Below, one piece after another: positions 19,583-31,732 of a stretch of DNA of 64,000 nt. The notes under the pieces are model-generated. The model was not told where the DNA came from. It saw only the letters and a list, made by a program, of their open reading frames with translations, and ran no database searches. Within the stretch, counting starts at the first letter, position 1. The number at the start of each line of letters is the position of its first letter. This stretch comes from Rothia sp. (in: high G+C Gram-positive bacteria). GTDB lineage: Bacteria; Actinomycetota; Actinomycetes; Actinomycetales; Micrococcaceae. Where the stretch lies: NCBI RefSeq assembly GCF_030529845.1, contig NZ_JAUMWB010000002.1. One strand, written 5' to 3'. A program made the translations under genes and the position numbers.

Positions 19583-20110
19583 CTAAAAAGTAGCGAAGTG
19601 GGTGAGGCGGGCTTCACCTTCAATGAGCTGGTCCCAGTCACCTACTACCTCAAAGACCGTGAGGGACGAGGGAGCGTACCCGTAGGAGGCGTCCATCAGT
19701 GCTTCGTAGTCTGAGTCAGGGCGGGCCAGTTGCAGGGCAGCGTCCTGGACTCCGGGCAGGTGGGCAATCAGCATCAGGGACTGCACGCCCACAGGAGTGC
19801 GGTTAATGGCAGTCAGCAGAGCTGAGGCTGGTGCATTGTAGAGGCGTTCGTCCAGACTAGCGGTGGGGGCCTTCTCCCCCAGTGCATCTGACACCCAGGT
19901 AGTGGTCTGTCGCGTGCGCAGGGCCGCTGAGCTAACCAGCATTTCGGGAACCAGCTCATTCTGCTTGAGCCAGACCCCGGCCCGCCGGGCCTGCTCACTC
20001 CCGTGGCGGGTCAGCGGGCGATTGAAGTCGTCAAGCCCCCAGTCAGCTTCAGCGTGACGCATAATAATGAGAGTGCGGGCGTCGTGACGGGGTAGGGCGA
20101 AGTCGGTCAT
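19583..20110 (-). CDS. histidine phosphatase family protein (SixA-like)
   Basis: 175 aa. LIIMRHAEA catalytic RHG-type motif near the N-terminus. Confidence 0.75.
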   Translation of the reverse strand: MTDFALPRHDARTLIIMRHAEADWGLDDFNRPLTRHGSEQARRAGVWLKQNELVPEMLVSSAALRTRQTTTWVSDALGEKAPTASLDERLYNAPASALLTAINRTPVGVQSLMLIAHLPGVQDAALQLARPDSDYEALMDASYGYAPSSLTVFEVVGDWDQLIEGEARLTHFATF

Positions 20111-20119
20111 ACACCCATC

Positions 20120-20902
20120 CTAGCCGTCGAGACCGATAAAGCGCTTGAGCAGGTAAATAGTCTCTTCGGGCTTCTCAGAGTGCACCCAGTGCCCGGCCCC
20201 CTTGATAACCACTCGGCGCACTAGCGGGAAAAGCTCTTTCATGGGTGCAAGATCAGCATCTGTGATGTAGGGGGATTCCCCACCTGCGACCCACAGCACG
20301 GGTTTCTCAAAGGACCCCTCAGCCCCCGGCCAGCCCATAATCTCGGGCAGGTGGCGGCGTAGCATCTGTAGGTTAGGCTCCCAGGAGTTACCGTTCTTTG
20401 ACATGGTCAAATTCTGTAGCAGGAAGGCTCGAGTGCCCGCCGCAGGCACATTGAGGGCAAGGTCCGCATCAGCCTGGGAACGGGTGGTGTAGGTTTCGAT
20501 CGGCAGGTTCAGCATGGAGTCCATGAGAATTTCAAAGCTCCCCTTGGACTCCCCCGGGGCAATATCGATAACCACCAGTTTGCTCACCAGATGGGGGTGG
20601 CGCAGGGCCAGCAGCATAGCGATTTTACCGCCCATGGAGTGGCCCATCAGCACGACGGGCTCACCGGCGCTATAGTTTTCCACTGCCTCAGCTGCCAGGT
20701 CTGCCATCTGCCGATAGTCGAAGCTCTCTGTCCAGTAGCTAGCGCCGTGATTAGGCAGGTCAACCAGCAGGGTCTGCACCCCCTCCCCCAGACCCTTGGC
20801 GATACGGGTGAAGTTCTTACCCCGCCCCAGCAGGCCGTGTAGGAAGAGGGTTTTGATGGGCCCAGAGCCAACAAGCGAAGTTTTCAGAGAGGGAACAGTC
20901 AT
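20120..20902 (-). CDS. alpha/beta-fold hydrolase
   Basis: HG oxyanion motif (LFLHGLLG), nucleophile elbow GHSMGG and a C-terminal GHW histidine. The start is set at the internal ATG 20902 (MTVPSLK). Confidence 0.75.
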   Translation of the reverse strand: MTVPSLKTSLVGSGPIKTLFLHGLLGRGKNFTRIAKGLGEGVQTLLVDLPNHGASYWTESFDYRQMADLAAEAVENYSAGEPVVLMGHSMGGKIAMLLALRHPHLVSKLVVIDIAPGESKGSFEILMDSMLNLPIETYTTRSQADADLALNVPAAGTRAFLLQNLTMSKNGNSWEPNLQMLRRHLPEIMGWPGAEGSFEKPVLWVAGGESPYITDADLAPMKELFPLVRRVVIKGAGHWVHSEKPEETIYLLKRFIGLDG

Positions 20903-21030
20903 GCCCTCTACTCTACTACCGCCCACCTGCCCAGCCACGGGCAAGTGGGCGGGGTGCGTCCGCGCAAACACAAGGGGCGCCGCCACCAGCCTGCTAGCCG
21001 GTAACGACGCCCCTGCACACGCGATTGAGA

Positions 21031-21804
21031 TTAGATGGAGTATTCCGGTGCTGCCCAGACAACAACCTCGGGGTGCTCGTAGAAGCGGTAACCCTGGCCG
21101 CGCACGGTACGAACAGTATTCGACAGGCGGCCTAGCTTAGAGCGCAGACGGCGGATATGCACGTCGATGGTGCGCTCATTGGGAATTTCCTCAGCGTCGC
21201 GCCACAGGCTGGTGAGCAGCTCTTCGCGGGCAACGGTGCGCTGGCCGTTTTCCACCAGATAGTTGAGGAGCTCAAACTCCTTGTAGGTGAGGTTGAGCAG
21301 CTCGCCGTCCAGGTAAACCTCGCGGCGGGAAAGATCAATCAGCACGCCTACTGAGTGGGTGGGCTTGACGTCCTCACCACCGTGATGAGCGGACGCCGGT
21401 ACCGCCTCAGGCTGGTAGTGCACGGCGGTGGGGTCGCCCAAGGCGTTACGGACGACCTCAAGATCGCTACCCTGCGCATCAGCAGGAGCCAGTGCCACAG
21501 CCGCATAGGACTCTGCACCGGGCACCTGGTTCTGCACGTAGGCACGGGTATCTTGAACAATGCGCACCAAAGAGGTGCCCTGCTGGGCGGCAGCTTCCTC
21601 ACTGAGGCCAACATAAATCACGAATCCACGAGCTTCGTTCTCCTGCGCAGCTGCGCGCGGAGGCTCAGGCTTGTAGGTCATCGGGCGAAGATTAGCGGGC
21701 TGCTGCTTTGCAATACCGCGACTATGGCCGGCTGCACCCTGTTGGCGCTGAGCGGCAGAACGGTTGCGCTGCGAGATGTGAACATACCCCGGTGCACCTG
21801 ACAT
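21031..21804 (-). CDS. OmpR/PhoB-type winged-helix DNA-binding transcriptional regulator without receiver domain
   Basis: C-terminal trans_reg_C-like segment (LTYKEFELLNYLVENGQRTVAREELL...TIDVHIRRLRSKL...VRGQGYRF). The N-terminal part is basic/low-complexity. ATG 21804 is preceded by GGGAGAAGG. Confidence 0.7.
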   Translation of the reverse strand: MSGAPGYVHISQRNRSAAQRQQGAAGHSRGIAKQQPANLRPMTYKPEPPRAAAQENEARGFVIYVGLSEEAAAQQGTSLVRIVQDTRAYVQNQVPGAESYAAVALAPADAQGSDLEVVRNALGDPTAVHYQPEAVPASAHHGGEDVKPTHSVGVLIDLSRREVYLDGELLNLTYKEFELLNYLVENGQRTVAREELLTSLWRDAEEIPNERTIDVHIRRLRSKLGRLSNTVRTVRGQGYRFYEHPEVVVWAAPEYSI

Positions 21805-22263
21805 TTTGCCTACCTTCTCCCTGTATGAGTTGAGCATTCGTGTGTGGTTCCACTAAACAACAAACCGTGTGTGTGGGTGGGTCTACTGTCTACTTTTAAT
21901 CGTTGTCCGAATTTGTATTTAAAGCAAGTAATATTCGCGTATTTTTTCAACTTATCTGAGTCTAGCCCCCGAGCAAGGGTCAGCAAACATGAAAATCCTT
22001 ACACCCCACGGCATATTTTTACACCCTAGGTTCTAAATAAAGCCTTGGCACCCCCGGTTTTCTGCATATTTTTGCCTGCCGATAAAACCAGACAACTAGA
22101 ACGCCTAAAACTCAAATGTCAATACCTTTTTGTGGGCAAATCTCATCATGCAATATATTTGCCATCACATAGCGTGCCAACAACAGACGTCCACCGCTAC
22201 AAAAACAGGGGCAACCCGCCACCTGCGAGCTGCCCCTAGGCTAAGGTAGTGAGCTAAAAATCC

Positions 22264-22902
22264 CTACTCAGCGACCCCATACAGACGGTCGCCAGCATCC
22301 CCCAGGCCGGGAACAATGTAGGACTTCTCATTGAGGCGCTCATCCTGGGCAGCCAGGAAGAGATCGATATTCTCAAGCCCGTCCACACCCTTTTCAAGGG
22401 CCTCAATACCCTCAGGGGCACCCAGCACACAGACGCAGGTAATCTGCTCAGCGCCGCGGGCACGCAGGAACTTAATGGCCTCAATCAAGGTGCCACCGGT
22501 AGCCAGCATGGGGTCGAGCACGTAGACCTGACGGCCAGTGAGATCCTCGGGCAGGCGCTCAGCGTAGGTGACGATATCCAGGGTTTCCTCATTGCGGGCC
22601 ATACCCAGGAAGCCCACCTCAGCGGTGGGAATCAGACGGGTCATACCTTCCAGCATGCCCAGACCAGCGCGCAGGATCGGCACGATCAGGGGGCGAGGGT
22701 TGGCAATATGGGAGCCAACGGTAGTAGCGACGGGGGTCTCAACTTCGCGAGGCTCAACACGAATCTCACGAGTGGCCTCGTAGGCCAGCAGGGTGACCAA
22801 CTCATCAACAAGCTGACGGAAGGTCGGAGAAGGGGTGTTCTTATCGCGAAGAACGGTAATTTTGTGGTCAACCAGGGGGTGGTCCAGAACTTTAATACGC
22901 AT
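22264..22902 (-). CDS. upp: uracil phosphoribosyltransferase
   Basis: 212 aa. PRPP-binding loop ([13 protein letters not shown]) and C-terminal [12 protein letters not shown] motif. Confidence 0.92.
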   Translation of the reverse strand: MRIKVLDHPLVDHKITVLRDKNTPSPTFRQLVDELVTLLAYEATREIRVEPREVETPVATTVGSHIANPRPLIVPILRAGLGMLEGMTRLIPTAEVGFLGMARNEETLDIVTYAERLPEDLTGRQVYVLDPMLATGGTLIEAIKFLRARGAEQITCVCVLGAPEGIEALEKGVDGLENIDLFLAAQDERLNEKSYIVPGLGDAGDRLYGVAE

Positions 22903-23030
22903 AGTTAAAAGTTACCACCGGTGGCCAAACCCCGCGCAGAGATAAGGCTGGTGGGCGAATGCGTATCATGCGAGTATCACGGCTGGGCAGATTTATGTCA
23001 GATTTACATGGCGGGGCTGTTTTCAGGCAC

Positions 23031-23076
23031 GAAAAAACCCGCCTCACCTAGATTTCACTAGGGGAAACGGGTTTTT
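23031..23076 (-). terminator. terminator downstream of tRNA-Ser(CGA)
   Basis: Long hairpin aaaacccg...cgggtttt with an inner cctag/ctagg stem. A T-run follows on the minus strand (gaaaaaa on plus). Confidence 0.55.
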
Positions 23077-23081
23077 ACCTG

Positions 23082-23172
23082 TGGCGGTGACGGAGGGATT
23101 TGAACCCTCGGTACGGGGTTACCGTACACAACATTTCGAGTGTTGCACCTTCGGCCGCTCGGACACGTCACC
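23082..23172 (-). tRNA. tRNA-Ser (anticodon CGA)
   Basis: The reverse complement folds with acceptor GGTGACG/CGTCACC, anticodon stem CAACA/TGTTG, loop CTCGAAA, long variable arm and T arm GAGGG TTCAAAT CCCTC; CCA is encoded. Confidence 0.9.
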
Positions 23173-23237
23173 AAACTCTGGAAATTTTACCCTAGATGCC
23201 CCAGTCACTCAACTTAGCGGGACTCAAAGAGAGGCCT

Positions 23238-23888
23238 CTAAGCCTGGATATACCCATCGATCGTTAGCATGGCCAGTTCAGCGCTTTCCTCGGGAGTGCG
23301 CTCAGCACCATGGCGGGTTTCGTCCATTGACAGCATAAAGACCGCACCAAAAATGATGAGAGAAACACCCTCGATAGACCGATCTGTACGCACGGCGTAG
23401 CGGGTAGCCAGTCGGCTAATGAGCTCGCGAATGAACCGCATAATATCTGCACGGATCAAATCTGTGGTGGGTGACCAGTCAGCACCGGCTCGCCAGAGTT
23501 CTGAAACCCAGAGCCGGGCGAAACCGGGGTGCTCGCGCAGGTAGATAATGGCTGCATACAAGGCGCTGCGCAGGGCTTCCCTGGGGTCCTCATGGTCGCT
23601 GGCAACCGTCATTTCAGCCAGCAGGAGCTTGGCGCCGTACTGCAGGAGCTGGTCAATCATGGTCTTCTTCGACCCAAAGTTGTAGTAGACCGTGCCTTTA
23701 GAAACCCCAGCGCGCTCGGCAATGTCTTCTACTGTGGTGGCGGTGGGGCCACCCTCGCTCATGATGTCCATGGCAGCTTCGAAGAGTTTGAGTTGGGTCT
23801 TATTGGTGCGTCCGGGGCGGCGCGTGCTCGCCTCAACCACCGGTGTTTGGTGTGCGTAGACGACCGTTTCTGCCTGCTGTGCGGCCAT
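23238..23888 (-). CDS. TetR-family transcriptional regulator
   Basis: N-terminal TetR HTH (TTVEDIAERAGVSKGTVYYNFGSKKTM). The start is set at ATG 23888 (MAAQQAE). Confidence 0.8.
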   Translation of the reverse strand: MAAQQAETVVYAHQTPVVEASTRRPGRTNKTQLKLFEAAMDIMSEGGPTATTVEDIAERAGVSKGTVYYNFGSKKTMIDQLLQYGAKLLLAEMTVASDHEDPREALRSALYAAIIYLREHPGFARLWVSELWRAGADWSPTTDLIRADIMRFIRELISRLATRYAVRTDRSIEGVSLIIFGAVFMLSMDETRHGAERTPEESAELAMLTIDGYIQA

Positions 23889-23995
23889 GCCCTCCCCCTT
23901 ACGGTATTTGAAAAAATGGTGTTTCTTTTTCAAAGATACATGATAATGGGGTGGGGCAGGCAGTTTTCTGCCGCGCGTTTGCGGGGCAATTTAGT

Positions 23996-24484
23996 CTAGG
24001 AGCGATGTTTTCTAAAGAAAGCAGTCAGGAGCTCGGCACATTCCTTCTCAAGCACTCCAGGGCAGACCTCCACCCAGTGGTTTACCTTGCGGTCGCGCAG
24101 CACATCGTAGACGCTCCCGGCAGCCCCTGTTTTTTCTTCCCAGGCCCCCATGACTACCGTGGGTAAGCGGGCTAGCAGGATAGCCCCGGCGCACATGAGG
24201 CAGGGTTCGAGGGTGACCACCAGGGTGCAGCCCTCTAGCCGCCAGCTCCCTAGGTGCTCCGCTGCCTGGCGGATAGCAATGACTTCGGCATGTGCGGTGG
24301 GGTCGGCATCCGCCTCGCGCCGGTTGTAGCCGCGCCCAATGACCTGCCCGGCGGCGTCCACAACTACCGCACCGATGGGAACATCCTCGCTTGCCAGAGC
24401 AAGCTTGGCCTGGTCGATGGCTTGGCGCATGAGGGATTCGTGGTTCAGGTTGCGCGGACGCATGGGCAGGGGGGATCGAGGCAT
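23996..24484 (-). CDS. tadA: tRNA-specific adenosine deaminase
   Basis: Cytidine/deoxycytidylate deaminase zinc motifs HAE and PCLMCAGA. The size is typical of TadA. Confidence 0.88.
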   Translation of the reverse strand: MPRSPLPMRPRNLNHESLMRQAIDQAKLALASEDVPIGAVVVDAAGQVIGRGYNRREADADPTAHAEVIAIRQAAEHLGSWRLEGCTLVVTLEPCLMCAGAILLARLPTVVMGAWEEKTGAAGSVYDVLRDRKVNHWVEVCPGVLEKECAELLTAFFRKHRS

Positions 24485-24502
24485 GGTTCCTTCAGCGCGT
24501 GC

Positions 24503-26712
<2,210 letters not shown>

Positions 26713-26713
<1 letters not shown>

Positions 26714-27453
26714 TAGCGCTGCCCCTGATCAGCGCCCAGGTAGGCCTGCTGTAGCTTCCACTGCTGGTAGGCCTTGATCTGGCGCATGTAGGTTGAGACG
26801 GGGCTCTTCCAGACGAAGACCAGGAAGACGATGGCGAGCGCGCCAGCCAGCAAACTAGTCAGCATGGTCCAGTGGAAGAAGATGAAAATAGCTAGCAGTC
26901 CGCTGAGCAGGTTGAGAATCTGGAAGCTCGCTACGACGGTCAGCACGATACGGGCCCAGTTGTGCCCCTTGTTCATCATGATGGTGAAGAAGACGAGCAG
27001 GGCTGACCAGATCAGGCCAAAGACCAAGCCCACGATAAGCCCAGCGGTGGCAAAGCCGGTGTCTGCGGTCATTGCCATCTCGGCCTCTGCCGCTGCCAAG
27101 TCTTCTTCGCTCATGAGACTGCTGAAGAGGGAGAGGATGCTGCTATTGGTGGCCTGCTGAATCTCCTGGTAGAAGATGGTACTCAGAATAGACCCCAGAA
27201 GGCCCAGGCCAATTATCACGTACATGATGAGGCTGGCAGTTTTGAGGGCCTGAGGGCGTTCGGGAGCATCCATGTGGGCGGGCAGGCCCTGACCGTAGGC
27301 CTGGGCGTAGCCCGCGTAGGCTCCCTGCTCGTTGTAGTGGTCGCCCTGCTGGGTTGCCGAATAGGACGGCGGCTGGGTCTGGTTAGGGTAGGCCTGGGGC
27401 TGCTGGGGCTGGTAGTTGCCGGTGGTCTTGTCGTTGCCGGGGTACTGGCTCAC
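26713..27453 (-). CDS. hypothetical membrane protein with Gln/Tyr/Pro-rich N-terminus
   Basis: 246 aa. A low-complexity QPY-rich head is followed by about 4 TM helices. Its stop overlaps the GTG start of the helicase gene by 1 nt (TAGTG). Confidence 0.55.
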
Positions 27454-27525
27454 GGGATCCTCCTGGTCAGTGGGCGGTAGGTGCTTGCTTTAAGCCTACC
27501 GACCTATTGCCCGGCTCACCAGTGT

Positions 27526-28032
27526 TTACGCGATTTCGAAGATACCGCGGGCGCGGTCTTTCTTGACGGCTGAGGCGGGGAAGATACGGCCGCTCATTGA
27601 GATGTAGACGCCGGGTTCGAGCAGGTTGAGGGCGGCGACGGCTGCCCCCAGGTTGAAGCTGGCGTCGGACTTGCGCATGGAAGCGGGCTGCATAGCACCG
27701 GTGAGTACAACGACTTTCTCACCCAACTCAGCATGGGCTTCTAGGTAGCGGGCGGTTTCGGGCATGGTGTCGGTGCCGTGGGTGATAATGACGCGGTCGT
27801 TCTTTACAGCATCGAGCACCTCTAGCAACACTGCGCGGTCGGCGTCGACCATATCGAGGCTGTCGAGCTTAAGCACGCTCTGCACCTCAAAAGCGGTGTC
27901 GGTGAGCACGAAGCTCAGCAGTTCGGGCACCGAGGGCTCGCCGATTTCGAGTTCGCCGGCTACGGAGTAGACCTTATCGAAGGTGCCACCGGTGGTCAGG
28001 ATGGTGACGGTTTCTGCGTTGTTGATGGGCAT
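27526..28032 (-). CDS. asparaginase-domain protein (short; type I L-asparaginase N-terminal domain only)
   Basis: TTGGTFDK and THGTDTM motifs. The start is set at ATG 28032 (MPINN) rather than the long upstream extension. Confidence 0.7.
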   Translation of the reverse strand: MPINNAETVTILTTGGTFDKVYSVAGELEIGEPSVPELLSFVLTDTAFEVQSVLKLDSLDMVDADRAVLLEVLDAVKNDRVIITHGTDTMPETARYLEAHAELGEKVVVLTGAMQPASMRKSDASFNLGAAVAALNLLEPGVYISMSGRIFPASAVKKDRARGIFEIA

Positions 28033-28321
28033 GGCTTCCTTGAGGGTTGGGGGGGTCTTGTTTCTAAGTCTAGTGGAGGGCCAAGCGGACGCCCGCGGCC
28101 AGCTCAGTGGGCGAAACGGCAGCCCAGCACCCCCGCAACTTTCGCCGATAGCAAACAGAGGCGTGCGAGGGTGCCGCCCAGCCCCAAGCTCCGGTTGCCC
28201 GGCTAGTTGCGCCCCGGCGTCCTTGCCTTCGATACGGCAGGACGCCGGGGCGTAGCCTTTCACAGGCAGCTACCACGTCAGTAGCATGGGAGGGTAACAA
28301 CACCTCACTGAAAGGCTGATC

Positions 28322-29161
28322 ATGCCCGAAACCTCCGCTCTCCACCTGCGCTTTCCCATCGTGGGAGCCCAGTGGCTCTCAGCTAATATCGCCGCCCCTA
28401 ATCTGGTTATTCTGGACGCCTCAGTGGGCGAGTTCGCCGGTGCCAGCACGGGCATACCCGGTGCCCGCCGCTTCGATATTGACGGAGAGTTCAGCGCGCC
28501 CGAAGGGGTACACACCATGCTGAGCGCCGAAGACTTTGAAGTTAAGGTCCGTGCTCTCGGTATCAGCAAGGACGCCGCCATCGTGGTCTATGACCGCCAG
28601 GGCATGTTTTCTGCCGCTCGCGGCTGGTTTATGTTTGTGGCCATGGGGCACGACAACGTAGCCGTCCTTGACGGCGGCCTGCCCGCCTGGGAAGCAGCCG
28701 GGTTCAGCCAGCTCCCCCTCAACGAGGGCCCCTTCGTGCCCGGCTCCTTTGTGGCTGAGGACCGCGGCCTCTTTGTGGACGCCCTGACCACCAAGGCCTT
28801 AGCTGAACGCCCAGACGCCGCTGTCATTGACGCCCGCAGCGCCGAACGCTTTGCCGGCACTGCACCCGAGCCCCGCCCGGGTCTGCGAGCCGGTCATATT
28901 CCCGGTTCGGTCAACCTGCCCTTCACTTCTCTGCTTGATGAGCAGGGGCGCTTCCGGGCCCCCGAAGAGGTCAAGGCTGCTGTTGACGCCGTCGCAGGGG
29001 ATGCTGAGACTCTCATCTTCTCGTGCGGGTCTGGCGTCACTGCCTGTATCGATGCCCTGGCCGCCTATGTTTCGGGCTATACCGAGCTGGCTATCTACGA
29101 CGGCTCCTGGGCTGAATGGGGTGCAGAGGACCCTGCCGGGTTACGTCCGGTTGAACGCTAA
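28322..29161 (+). CDS. thiosulfate/3-mercaptopyruvate sulfurtransferase (tandem rhodanese)
   Basis: Two rhodanese domains with an active-site loop CGSGVTAC in the second. Confidence 0.85.
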   Translation: MPETSALHLRFPIVGAQWLSANIAAPNLVILDASVGEFAGASTGIPGARRFDIDGEFSAPEGVHTMLSAEDFEVKVRALGISKDAAIVVYDRQGMFSAARGWFMFVAMGHDNVAVLDGGLPAWEAAGFSQLPLNEGPFVPGSFVAEDRGLFVDALTTKALAERPDAAVIDARSAERFAGTAPEPRPGLRAGHIPGSVNLPFTSLLDEQGRFRAPEEVKAAVDAVAGDAETLIFSCGSGVTACIDALAAYVSGYTELAIYDGSWAEWGAEDPAGLRPVER

Positions 29162-29189
29162 CCGCATGGTCAACTGAATCCAGCGCTGA

Positions 29190-29232
29190 AAGCTGCCCGG
29201 GAGGTCCCGTGTCAGGATCTCCCGGGCAGCTT
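29190..29232. terminator. bidirectional stem-loop between convergent genes
   Basis: 14-bp perfect stem aagctgcccgggag / ctcccgggcagctt. Confidence 0.6.
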
Positions 29233-29255
29233 GTGTAGAGGAGAAGGATCTGAGG

Positions 29256-30173
29256 TTACTGACCGAAGTTTTCAGTCCAGTAGTCGTTGGCTCCGGTGAT
29301 GTTGCCGTCCTCGTCGTAGAGGTAGAAACCCTTGCGGTCGGCAACACCGCTGAAGCCAGCGTCGAGAGCTTCCTTGAGCTTGGCACCGAACTCGCGCACG
29401 GTCTCGTCGTCACTCGCTGAGGCAATATGGGAGGCGACGTTGAATCCCACAGTGTCGTAGGCGGCGAAGGGCCCGGACTTGGTGCCGGTAGCGATAGTCC
29501 ATGCCTTATCGATTTCCTCGGGGATGCCTACGCCATTGACGTAGAGCTTAGCACCGGCATCGAGCCAGGGGATCAGCAGGGAGTTCAGCAGATAGCCGGG
29601 CTGCTCCTTGCGGACATGGACAGGAACCATGCCGGTTTCTTCGGCGTAGCGGATGGCGTCTTTGATGTTCTCTTCGTCAGTCTTGGCGGTGCCCATAATC
29701 TCTGCGGTGTTGCGGATCCAGACGCGGTTGGCGTAGTGGATAGCCAGGAAGCGGTCGGTGTGGCCGCTGGCGTCTGCAAAGTCAGAGGGCAGCAGGGATG
29801 AGGTATTGGTGGCAAGCAGGGTGCGCTCGTCAGCCAGCTCCCCTACCTTGGCCCAGGTTTCGCGCTTGAGGTCGAGGTTTTCAGGTACAGCCTCGATGAC
29901 GATATCGACGTCGCTGACCGCTTCTTTGAGGTCACTGGTGGGGACGATGCGGGCGATGGCTTCGTCGAACTTTTCGGGGGTGTAGTCGGGAAGATCCTGT
30001 TCGTAGCCCTGACGAATCCAGGCCCAGCGGTCGGTTAGTTTTTCAAGGGCTTCGGGGAAGGGATCGTAGGCAAATACATTCTTGCCGTGCCAGGCTGCCT
30101 GCATGATGATTTGTGAGCCCAGGACGCCGGTACCCAGAACAGCTACGGTCTTGAATTCGCGTGACATGATCAT
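29256..30173 (-). CDS. 3-hydroxyacyl-CoA dehydrogenase family protein (NAD-binding)
   Basis: N-terminal Rossmann [13 protein letters not shown]. The 3HCDH N- and C-domain layout fits the 305-aa length. Confidence 0.85.
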   Translation of the reverse strand: MIMSREFKTVAVLGTGVLGSQIIMQAAWHGKNVFAYDPFPEALEKLTDRWAWIRQGYEQDLPDYTPEKFDEAIARIVPTSDLKEAVSDVDIVIEAVPENLDLKRETWAKVGELADERTLLATNTSSLLPSDFADASGHTDRFLAIHYANRVWIRNTAEIMGTAKTDEENIKDAIRYAEETGMVPVHVRKEQPGYLLNSLLIPWLDAGAKLYVNGVGIPEEIDKAWTIATGTKSGPFAAYDTVGFNVASHIASASDDETVREFGAKLKEALDAGFSGVADRKGFYLYDEDGNITGANDYWTENFGQ

Positions 30174-30294
30174 CTTCTCCTTCGAAGTTGCATTTCATTG
30201 ATGCAATAAATACTACGCCTACTGACCCAAAAGGGAAACTTTACAAGGAAAATCTTAAGAAGTATGTCGGGCACCATCGAACACAGATTGCCAC

Positions 30295-30321
30295 CGACCC
30301 CACGGCCCACGGATTAAAAGT
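30295..30321. repeat. eroded third copy of the tRNA-Lys 3' half (outermost att-like remnant)
   Basis: cgaccccacggcccacggattaaaagt versus tRNA positions 37703..37729 cgaacccacgacccacggattaaaagt. I counted 25 of 27 matches, ending at the same anticodon-loop position as the other copies. Confidence 0.5.
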
Positions 30322-30461
30322 TTTCGCCTTGGTTGCCTCCAGAAACCTGAACAAGGATTCACTGCGCATGCTGGTTACTTTGATAAAACAGTAACCCCGG
30401 CGATGTGCAAAGAGCAGGAATCGTTCCGGGGTTTTCACTCTTCAGTGTAATACTAGGAACC

Positions 30462-31118
30462 ATGGGAGACAAGCAGGTATCAATAACAGACTTAGAGGTA
30501 TGGTTCTCTGAGCCTCGACTTCATAAATACAGGATGTACCGGAGCCCTGAATGGGCCTACCAGCGGAACGCTCACATCACTAAGGAACTCCTTGTTGATA
30601 TCGGCCACTTTGAGATTCTCCTGAGGAATGCAGTAGATAAAGCCCTCAACCACCATGAAAGATACGGCACACACTGGTTTCAAAACCCTGCTCTACCGCT
30701 GAGTACTCAAGCCAAGAAAAGCGTAGACAAGGCAGTAGAACGCGCTACGAGACGTGGCGCCAAGCCCCTAGAGGCTGGTCGGGTCATTGCAGAGCTACCC
30801 CTTGATTTCTGGAGATACCTGTTCTCCAAGTACTACCAAGCAACGGTCTGGCCAAAGTTTGGTGCTTGCCTTTCGAGAAAGGTTAGCAGAGTCGAGTTTG
30901 AGTGCCATCTCAACTTTGTGTATATCAACCGCAATCGTTTTCCCCACCATGAGCCAGTCATCAGGGGAAGCTACGAGGAAGATGTGGCATACGTACAGAG
31001 CTTACGAACTTCTATCCATTTCTTAGCATCGCTCATCTCAGACCGTGCTGCTCTATGGATTGAGCAGAACTCATCCGTCAATGAAGGGGTAAGGAAGCGT
31101 CCAGATGCCAACTCATGA
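30462..31118 (+). CDS. Abi-like protein (Abi_2 / AbiD-AbiF type)
   Basis: Segments match my memory of the Abi_2 profile: EPRLHKYRMY, HFEILLRNAVDKAL, LPLDFWRYLF, and the C-terminal INRNRFPHHEPV (compare LRNxxAHHE). ATG 30462 is chosen within ORF 30405..31118. Confidence 0.65.
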   Translation: MGDKQVSITDLEVWFSEPRLHKYRMYRSPEWAYQRNAHITKELLVDIGHFEILLRNAVDKALNHHERYGTHWFQNPALPLSTQAKKSVDKAVERATRRGAKPLEAGRVIAELPLDFWRYLFSKYYQATVWPKFGACLSRKVSRVEFECHLNFVYINRNRFPHHEPVIRGSYEEDVAYVQSLRTSIHFLASLISDRAALWIEQNSSVNEGVRKRPDANS

Positions 31119-31722
31119 AAGCCACGCTCAAACTATCTCTGCCTACTCTAAGCAGGCGCAAGAGTACTCCACGGTCTTAGGGCATCTCAAAGCTACGAAG
31201 GAGCCTGACCGCAAGCTGATCAGCTCTTGGTCCAGCTCCGCAGCAGGAAGCATACTTGACCTTGGGTGCGGGCCTGGGCACTGGACAAACTATATCGCTT
31301 CATTGGGCAAGAGCGTAAAAGGAATTGATCCCACTCCCCGTTTCATTGAAATTGCCTCTGCAAAGTTTCCCCATGAGCAGTTTGAGGTGGGAACAATTGC
31401 AAATGAGAGGGGAAATAAATACGGCGGCATTCTTGCTTGGTACTCGCTCATACATTGCTCCCCTGACGAACTCCCACAGGAACTTAAAGGTATTTGGTCA
31501 GCTCTTTCTGAAGGCGGCACCCTTCTGCTTGGATATTTTCGGGGAAGCTCCCTGGAAGCCTTTAACCACGCGGTTGCCCCAGCCTGGTACTGGCCAGATA
31601 GTTTTATTACCGAGATTCTTAAACAGGCAGGGTTCCATATCCTTTATCAAGAGCATCGAGCTGATCTGAATGTTCGCCCTCATGGCGCAATAGTTGCCGC
31701 TAAAACAGAAACAAGTCCGTGA
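31105..31722 (+). CDS. class I SAM-dependent methyltransferase (small-molecule type)
   Basis: Motif I ILDLGCGPGHWT and post-I/II spacing typical of Methyltransf_11/25. No DNA-MTase DPPY or PC motifs. Overlaps the Abi-like gene by 14 nt. Confidence 0.8.
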   Translation: MPTHESHAQTISAYSKQAQEYSTVLGHLKATKEPDRKLISSWSSSAAGSILDLGCGPGHWTNYIASLGKSVKGIDPTPRFIEIASAKFPHEQFEVGTIANERGNKYGGILAWYSLIHCSPDELPQELKGIWSALSEGGTLLLGYFRGSSLEAFNHAVAPAWYWPDSFITEILKQAGFHILYQEHRADLNVRPHGAIVAAKTETSP

Positions 31723-31732
31723 AAGGTGCAAA

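Noticed and set aside
28033-28263. 77-aa N-terminal extension of the asparaginase-domain ORF
   Set aside because: It is Gly/Pro/Arg-rich with no homology to asparaginases. The conserved TGGT motif follows directly after the internal MPINN start.
30188-30438. Two short overlapping ORFs (68 aa plus, 65 aa minus) at the left edge of the AT-rich region
   Set aside because: They cover the att-like tRNA remnant. They have no start context, and their sequence is better explained as a former tRNA-downstream/att region.
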